From Catajapyx aquilonaris (lineage: Eukaryota), in NCBI GenBank assembly GCA_000934665.2, contig JYFJ02001264.1, forward strand, positions 1 through 64,000: DNA of 64,000 bases, written 5' to 3'. This document shows positions 63,571 through 64,000 of the stretch, one piece after another. Under the pieces are notes generated by a model. That model saw only the letters and a program-made list of their open reading frames with translations. It did not search any database and was not told where the DNA came from. Every line of letters begins with the position of its first letter. Position 1 is the stretch's first letter. A program made the translations under genes and the position numbers.

Positions 63571-64000
63571 GTGAGTTACATGGTCGGTCTTTTCCGACGC
63601 CAGTAATCCTCCCTTAGTTCAATGGGGATATATAGAGAGAGAAAAAGTAGAAGAAGGGGGAGAAGGGAAGCTTAATTCCTGTTCGTGGACTCTGAGGGAG
63701 TAAGGGGCTGTCAAAGCCACTTGTTTGCCCAAACGAAGCAAAGTGGAAAGGTGGGGAGGATCACCTTGAATCATCCACCACTTTCTTTGTGTTTCTTTCA
63801 ATCCCGGAGTTTGCCAAGCTTTTGGGCCGACCCTTCAAAGATATGGACCGGGGGGGTTCTGCGACGTTTCCACTCGCCGGAGATTCTGTGTGTGCGAATC
63901 TAATGCGCGAAACACTCGGCACATGATGGTATGAGGGTGTTTTCTGGCCGGTTATAGACCACAGAATTTGTGCCGGAAAGTCTCGGATAAATGATGTTTT

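Noticed and set aside
1..64000. Prokaryotic-type systems (operons, CRISPR arrays, defence islands), rRNA/tRNA genes, autonomous transposon ORFs
   Set aside because: The DNA is spliceosomal-intron-containing eukaryotic sequence. I saw no spaced repeat arrays, structural RNA genes or RT/transposase motifs, and the remaining short ORFs look like chance.

Overview
Eukaryotic, arthropod-like genomic DNA that is almost entirely intronic. The + strand carries four internal exons of a Golgi class II (GH38) alpha-mannosidase (41276-41448, 57098-57231, 62692-62978, 63034-63570). They splice in frame through GT-AG introns into a 377-codon segment with the HSHNDPGW, GGWVMxDE, VDPFGH and GDDFR motifs, resembling from recall the arthropod alpha-Man-IIb / Sf9 alpha-mannosidase III type. 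I found no exon for the N-terminal anchor, so the first ~41 kb is probably one very long intron, and the C-terminal exons lie beyond the window. That intron appears to hold a nested antisense gene (coding exons 35405-35333 and 34946-34351) for a 222-aa Ser/acidic protein I do not recognise, with an unusual leader: an overlapping four-ATG uORF and an in-frame upstream segment ended by one TAA. The intron also has a candidate recursive splice site at 3112/3113 with a 47-nt cryptic exon. Smaller features include two short rolling-circle-type repeat remnants, microsatellites, hairpins and motif clusters. Nearly all other ORFs in the supplied track look like chance ORFs. All calls are by eye; no searches were run.
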